Source: Eledone cirrhosa (lineage: Eukaryota). Taken from it: 64,000 nt of DNA. The notes under the pieces are model-generated. The model saw only the letters and a list, made by a program, of their open reading frames with translations, ran no database searches and was not told the DNA's origin. How positions within the stretch are numbered: the first letter of the stretch is position 1; every line of letters starts with the position of its first letter. The translations under genes were made by a program, and so were the position numbers. The stretch is from contig OZ024742.1 in the NCBI GenBank assembly GCA_964016885.1, positions 38,688,001-38,752,000 of the forward strand, given 5' to 3'. Shown piece by piece: positions 58,049-64,000 of this stretch.

Positions 58049-58670
58049 GGATTGGCAGTATCGGTAGAGTGTCGGACACCATGCTGCGTGGCTTAGAGCT
58101 ACGGCCCTTTACGTTCTGAGTTCAAATCCCGCCGAGGTTAACTTTGCCTTTCATCCTTACCGGGTCGATAAAATAAAGTACCAGTAATGTACTGGGTAAT
58201 TGCTGGCCTTGTGCCAAAAGTAGAAACAAATATTAGGACAACATGACCCTCCCCAAATATAACAATATATATAACATTGTTTCTACAATAGGCACAAGGC
58301 CAGCAATTCTCCCAGTGTATTACTGGTACTTTATTTTATCGACCCTGTAAGGATGAAAGGCAAAGTTAACCTCGACGGGATTTTAACTCAGAATGGCAAG
58401 AGCCGTAACTCTATGCGTCGAAGCATGGCATCCGACCCTCTACCGATACTGTCAATCCACCGCCCTTATATATATAATATTATGGTGGATTGGCATCATC
58501 GGTAGAGGGTCGGACGCCATGCTTCGACGCATAGAGTTACGGCCCTTTCCATTCTGAGTTCAAATCCCGCCGAGGTCTACTTTGCCTTTCATCCTTATGG
58601 GGTCGATAAAATAAAGTACCAGTAATGTACTGGATAATTGCTGGCCTTGTGCCAAAAGTAGAAACAATTA
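58049..58670. mobile_element. Three adjacent main-family SINEs in +/-/+ orientation
   Basis: 58049-58230(+), 58277-58465(-), 58483-58670(+). Confidence 0.85.
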
Positions 58671-58802
58671 TGATAGAAAGTGTTTTGTTATATAAATCTG
58701 AACATTTGACAATCTGCCGCCAACGACCTTGTCTCAACTGTTAGAGAAGTACAGATGAGCTGCTACATCTGTTATTGGTGTTTTATAATTACAATCGTAG
58801 GC

Positions 58803-59260
58803 CACCTTCTTCCTTCTCCTCTCTACCTTTCACAACCCCTCCTCCTCTTCCTTCTCCACTTCATCCCCTTCACCCTCCTCCTCTCCCTTCCCTTCCTTCT
58901 CCACTTCCTCCTCATCTTCCTCCTCTCCCCCTCCCCCCCCCTCCTCCTCCTCCTCTTTCTCCTCCACTTCCTCCTCTTTCTCCTCCTCCTCCTCCTCCTC
59001 CTCCCTTCTCCACTTCCTCCCTTTCCTCATCCTCATCCTCTTTCTCCTCCTCCTCTTCCTCCCCTTCGTTCTCCACTTCCTCTCTTCCCCGCCTCCTCTT
59101 CACTTTCTCCCATCCTCTTCCTCCCCTACCCCCTACCCTTTCTCTCCCCATCCCCTTCATTCTCCACTTCCTCCCCTTCATCCTCCTCATCCTTCTCTTC
59201 CCCCCTCCAACTTCCTCCACTATCATCACCACTATCCACATTATCACAATCATCATCAAC
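58803..59260. repeat. Polypyrimidine (CCT)-rich low-complexity tract
   Basis: Almost purely C/T on plus. Confidence 0.9.
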
Positions 59261-59619
59261 ATGAACATACATTGTTTTTTCTGTCCTTCTTTACCTTCTT
59301 TCCTTAGATTATCTATTTTCTTTTTATCTTGTCTTCATTGTTTATGTACACTTCTATATCTTTATTCCCCCCTCTGCCTCTATCCTCTCTTCTATCTCTC
59401 TCCTCCTCTCATTCATCATTTATTTTACCGTTCATTCATGAAATTCTCTTTCCTGTTATATTTTACTATCCTTCTCCTTGTGTCTACCTCTTCCCCACCA
59501 TCTCGCCTTCTTCCTTTTTCCTCATTGTTCAATTCTTATAGTGACATAGTTCGAGTCCTTCAGACGATTCTGTTCAATTCTTTTTCCGTCTCAAGAGGTT
59601 ATACTACAATTGCATACTA

Positions 59620-59727
<108 letters not shown>

Positions 59728-59914
59728 AAAAAGTATGACCCCGACGGCAGAGCTCAAGCCGTTTCGACGGCTATTTCAGTCCAGAAATAGCCGTCGAAAT
59801 GGCTTGAGCTCTGCCGTCGGGGTCATACTCTTTCCTATTTCCCACTCTACTACTCTAAGTATTGAGTACTCTGGTGCGTTATGGTCCATCTGGTTCCTTA
59901 CCACAATTCCTTTG

Positions 59915-59960
<46 letters not shown>

Positions 59961-60348
59961 ATGGCTGCCCCCTCGTTATCGAGTATGGCCATTGCACGAT
60001 ATAATATTATTAATAATTATCAATTAATGCTATCATGCAATGCCTGTGCAGTGAAGATTTTATTTTAAAGTGAGGAAAGACTGTGCACTGAGCCAATCCC
60101 ACTCTCTGAGCGACAGTAGCTATAACCCGAAAAGAAGAAAAGATCAACATCATCGGTATACACGTGTACATGTGTATGTATATGTATATGTGTATATACA
60201 CGTGTACATGTGTATGTATATGCGCAGGAACATAGAAATAATCGGGTTGGAACCCGATCACGCGGTGAAACCACTGGAAGTGAAGGACCCCTAGCCTTTG
60301 TCAGGGCATTCTTCTAGGAGAAGGTAATCAGGAAACTGGGATAACTCC

Positions 60349-60393
<45 letters not shown>

Positions 60394-60440
60394 GCATACA
60401 TACAAATGTATACACACACACATATATACACACACACACA

Positions 60441-60492
<52 letters not shown>

Positions 60493-60650
60493 GCATACAT
60501 ACAAATGTATACACACACAACACACACACACACATATATGTATAGACATAGATTAGGATTTACCAGTTAGACTAGTAAGACCATATTCAGCTAAGTCATC
60601 GATACTTGGGAAAGTAGAGTGTATCTATGGTGAAACGTTATCATCTAGCC

Positions 60651-60814
60651 CAGGGTTTTCCAACCCTTTTTCAGCCAGCACCCCCTTTGGGCGCAAACTT
60701 CTTTTGTCAATGCCCCCTGTCAAATTAAATTTCAAATAAGATACTGAATTCATAAGACTTAGCACATTATCTGGTGTATGGCCGCAGTTCAAATGGGTAA
60801 AAAACCTAAAGCAA

Positions 60815-60901
<87 letters not shown>

Positions 60902-61086
60902 TGGGCCTTTAATCACCAGGGGTCAATTTAAGTTCAAAGTGGAAAAAGTGTTTTTAAAACTTGACAATTTGAAAGGAAAAAATGGATAATTGCTCACCGC
61001 CCACCTGAGTATATTCCCCTCCCCCATGAAATAAAAACTCCCAGCACCCCATTTCAACACAACAGCGCCCACGTTGGGAAACACTG
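60651..61086. mobile_element. hAT-type MITE
   Basis: TIRs cagggttttccaac / gttgggaaacactg; 8-bp TSD atctagcc / ctctagcc. Confidence 0.8.
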
Positions 61087-62470
61087 CTCTAGCCATTGAA
61101 ACGGCGTGAGCTCAGCCGTCGGGCACTAACTTTTCACTACACATGTATACGCATATATCATTGGCGCATGGCTTAGTAGTTAGAGCATGGGCTTGCAGTC
61201 GAAAGGTTGTGAGTTCAATTCTCGGACCGGGTGATGTTGTTTCCTTGAGCAAGACATTAAATCACCCAAGACACCTCCAACGAGATATACCTTGGAGGAG
61301 GCCAGCTAAACCTGCTTAAGTGTGAGCTGTAAGAACATATATCATTGACCTGTTCCAGACGATGGACTGAGGCCTTGCTGGGGCACCGCCACTCATGCTA
61401 TGTTTTCTATTGCCGTCTATCCTTGATGCATGAGGGAGTCTCATACTGTTGTCCTTATTTGTGTTTCTTGGCATGTTGTGGGCTCAGAATGTTGAAATGT
61501 TTTTGAAAGCTTACATACACATTCAGTCTGTATAGATTTCTCAGGTGTTTTGGTAGCATATTAAAGAGCTAGAAGTCCTTGAACACCAAACTATTGTAGT
61601 ATTTAGTCCTTACTCTAGATGTAGAAGATGGACCTTTGGTACTACGCAGTGACGTTCTGTTCAAGGGTTGGTTCAGTTCTCAATGCCAAAGTTTGATGCT
61701 AGCCCCTGCAGAATCTGCCATAGGTATATCACTGCGTATTGTCCCAGTCTTCGCTAAAATGGGGTTCAACTGGCGGTTATCCATCATAACTTGCTTCTGA
61801 TAATGAGAAATTTAGTTTTATTATATTAGGGTGAATTGGCCGTATCGGTAGAAGGTTGGACGCCATGCTTTCTAGCATAGTTACGTCCCATTACGGTTCA
61901 AATCCCGCCGAGGTTAACTTTGCCTTTCATCCTTACGGGGTCGATAAAATAAAGTACCAGTAATGTACTGGGTATATACTGGCCTTGTGCCAAAAGTAGA
62001 AACAATTATATTAGTATAAATAAATGTTTATTGTAAAAAATGCAAGTATCTTTTGTGGTTATGAAAACAGAAAAAGAAGGGAAAGGCAAAGGCTCTAGGG
62101 TCACAGAAAGAGGGTGAGGGTGACGGGAACTAGGCATATGGTGTGGTGGTATTAGGGCTGCGGTCATATACCTCCTCGTCGCTCTCATCCCTTCCTCCTC
62201 AACACCATCACTACCGTGGTACATTCAGACATAAAACAGTCTACATACATGAATTGAGTGGAATTCAGTGATGTATTCCCTTCTAGACGTTGTATTTTAA
62301 ATTCATGTGGTCTCTACCCCACCTCCCCCACACTGTCTCTGTTTCTACACACCGACTAAGTGTTTTACTTTAGTCCTTGGTGTATAACTTTGTTTGTCAT
62401 ACAACAACAGCTTAATGCAGTAAATAGTATTTCAAAAACAACAACAAAAAATTACATTCGGCATAACTTT

Positions 62471-62790
62471 CAACATCATCATCATCATCATCATCATCAT
62501 CGTCATCGTCATCGTTATCGTCATCAAAATCATCATTATCATCATCATCAACATCAACATCATCATCATCATCATCATCATCATCATATAACTGGTGCAA
62601 CTGTAGACATTTTGGCAGCCAACAGTCGCCACTGGTCTCTGTCCTCTATCATACACCTGTCGTCGGACCAGGATTTTTTATTAATGCCTCTTCGCCCTCC
62701 TTCAAACGTACTCGAGAGAATGGTTTTGTACGGGGAGTCATGGCGGGATATATTTCCATACGAGGCGAGCTTTCGTCTTTTTATTGTTGC
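62471..62790 (-). mobile_element. (CAT)n tract with adjacent RTE-like LINE 3' remnant
   Basis: ILATIKRRKLASYGNISRHDSPYKTIL...EGGRRG..KKSWSDD...EDRDQWR. Confidence 0.75.
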
Positions 62791-63253
62791 AAGTATAGTA
62801 TTTTGGAAAAAAAAAATACAAAAAAAAAACAAAAAAACTAAACAACCCAAAACAAAACAAACAAAAACAAAAAAGAAAATATTTCTGAATAACTTACATA
62901 GTTTTACATAAATATACCCCCAAGTAATATTTCCCTAAAATTGCCCTTCATTTCAAAAGAATTTTCTCAAACATTCCTTTTGGAGAATTTTGAGAATGTT
63001 GCATTCTTAGCAAACCAATGAAGGTTTTTATTTTTCTCATAAAAATATTTCTGCTTTTATATAGAACATATTATAGTGTCTTCGCCTTTGTCTCTGTATA
63101 TCTGGACATTTATTGGTAAAGACATATTTTTGTTTCCTCTTGCTACTTCGGTGGCTATTGTTGAATAATAGTAAGTTTGTAGCGAGCGATGTTAACTTAG
63201 ATTTAGACATTTGTCTGTTTGTTTGTGAGTGTATTCATCTCTCTTTCTCGCGC

Positions 63254-63294
<41 letters not shown>

Positions 63295-63299
63295 ACTTT

Positions 63300-63629
<330 letters not shown>

Positions 63630-63637
63630 ATAATATA

Positions 63638-63691
<54 letters not shown>

Positions 63692-63699
63692 AATAATAA

Positions 63700-63995
<296 letters not shown>

Positions 63996-64000
63996 CCCCC

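Noticed and set aside
61163-61235. tRNA gene
   Set aside because: A and B boxes are present but it continues into SINE body sequence without an acceptor stem; SINE head.

Overview
This is AT-rich, microsatellite-dense eukaryotic DNA whose repeat content resembles a coleoid cephalopod (octopus-like; inferred). One host gene is supported: the first two coding exons of an SPT2/SPTY2D1 histone-chaperone homolog on the minus strand (7274-7333 and 109-487), with ETS-type promoter motifs upstream. The rest is a nest of transposons: a near full-length degenerate Helitron inserted into a Penelope-like element (PLE), two more Helitron remnants, four PLE coding remnants (RT and/or GIY-YIG), RTE, CR1/L2-like and R4/Dong-like LINE fragments, about 20 tRNA-derived SINE copies, and Tc1/mariner and hAT MITEs. 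The most notable signal is invisible in the ORF track. Many short fold-back (inverted-repeat) inserts sit in (TA)n tracts, belong to roughly ten sequence families, and many carry recognisable type I hammerhead ribozymes (CUGANGA...GAAA...UH). In several families the cleavage stem is itself AUAUAUAU. Copies of a family share a fixed inversion breakpoint plus a one-sided tail, suggesting a ribozyme-linked, TA-targeted, twin-primed retrotransposition system. One intact-looking ribozyme lies sense within SPT2 intron 1. All calls were made by eye, and boundaries are approximate unless stated.
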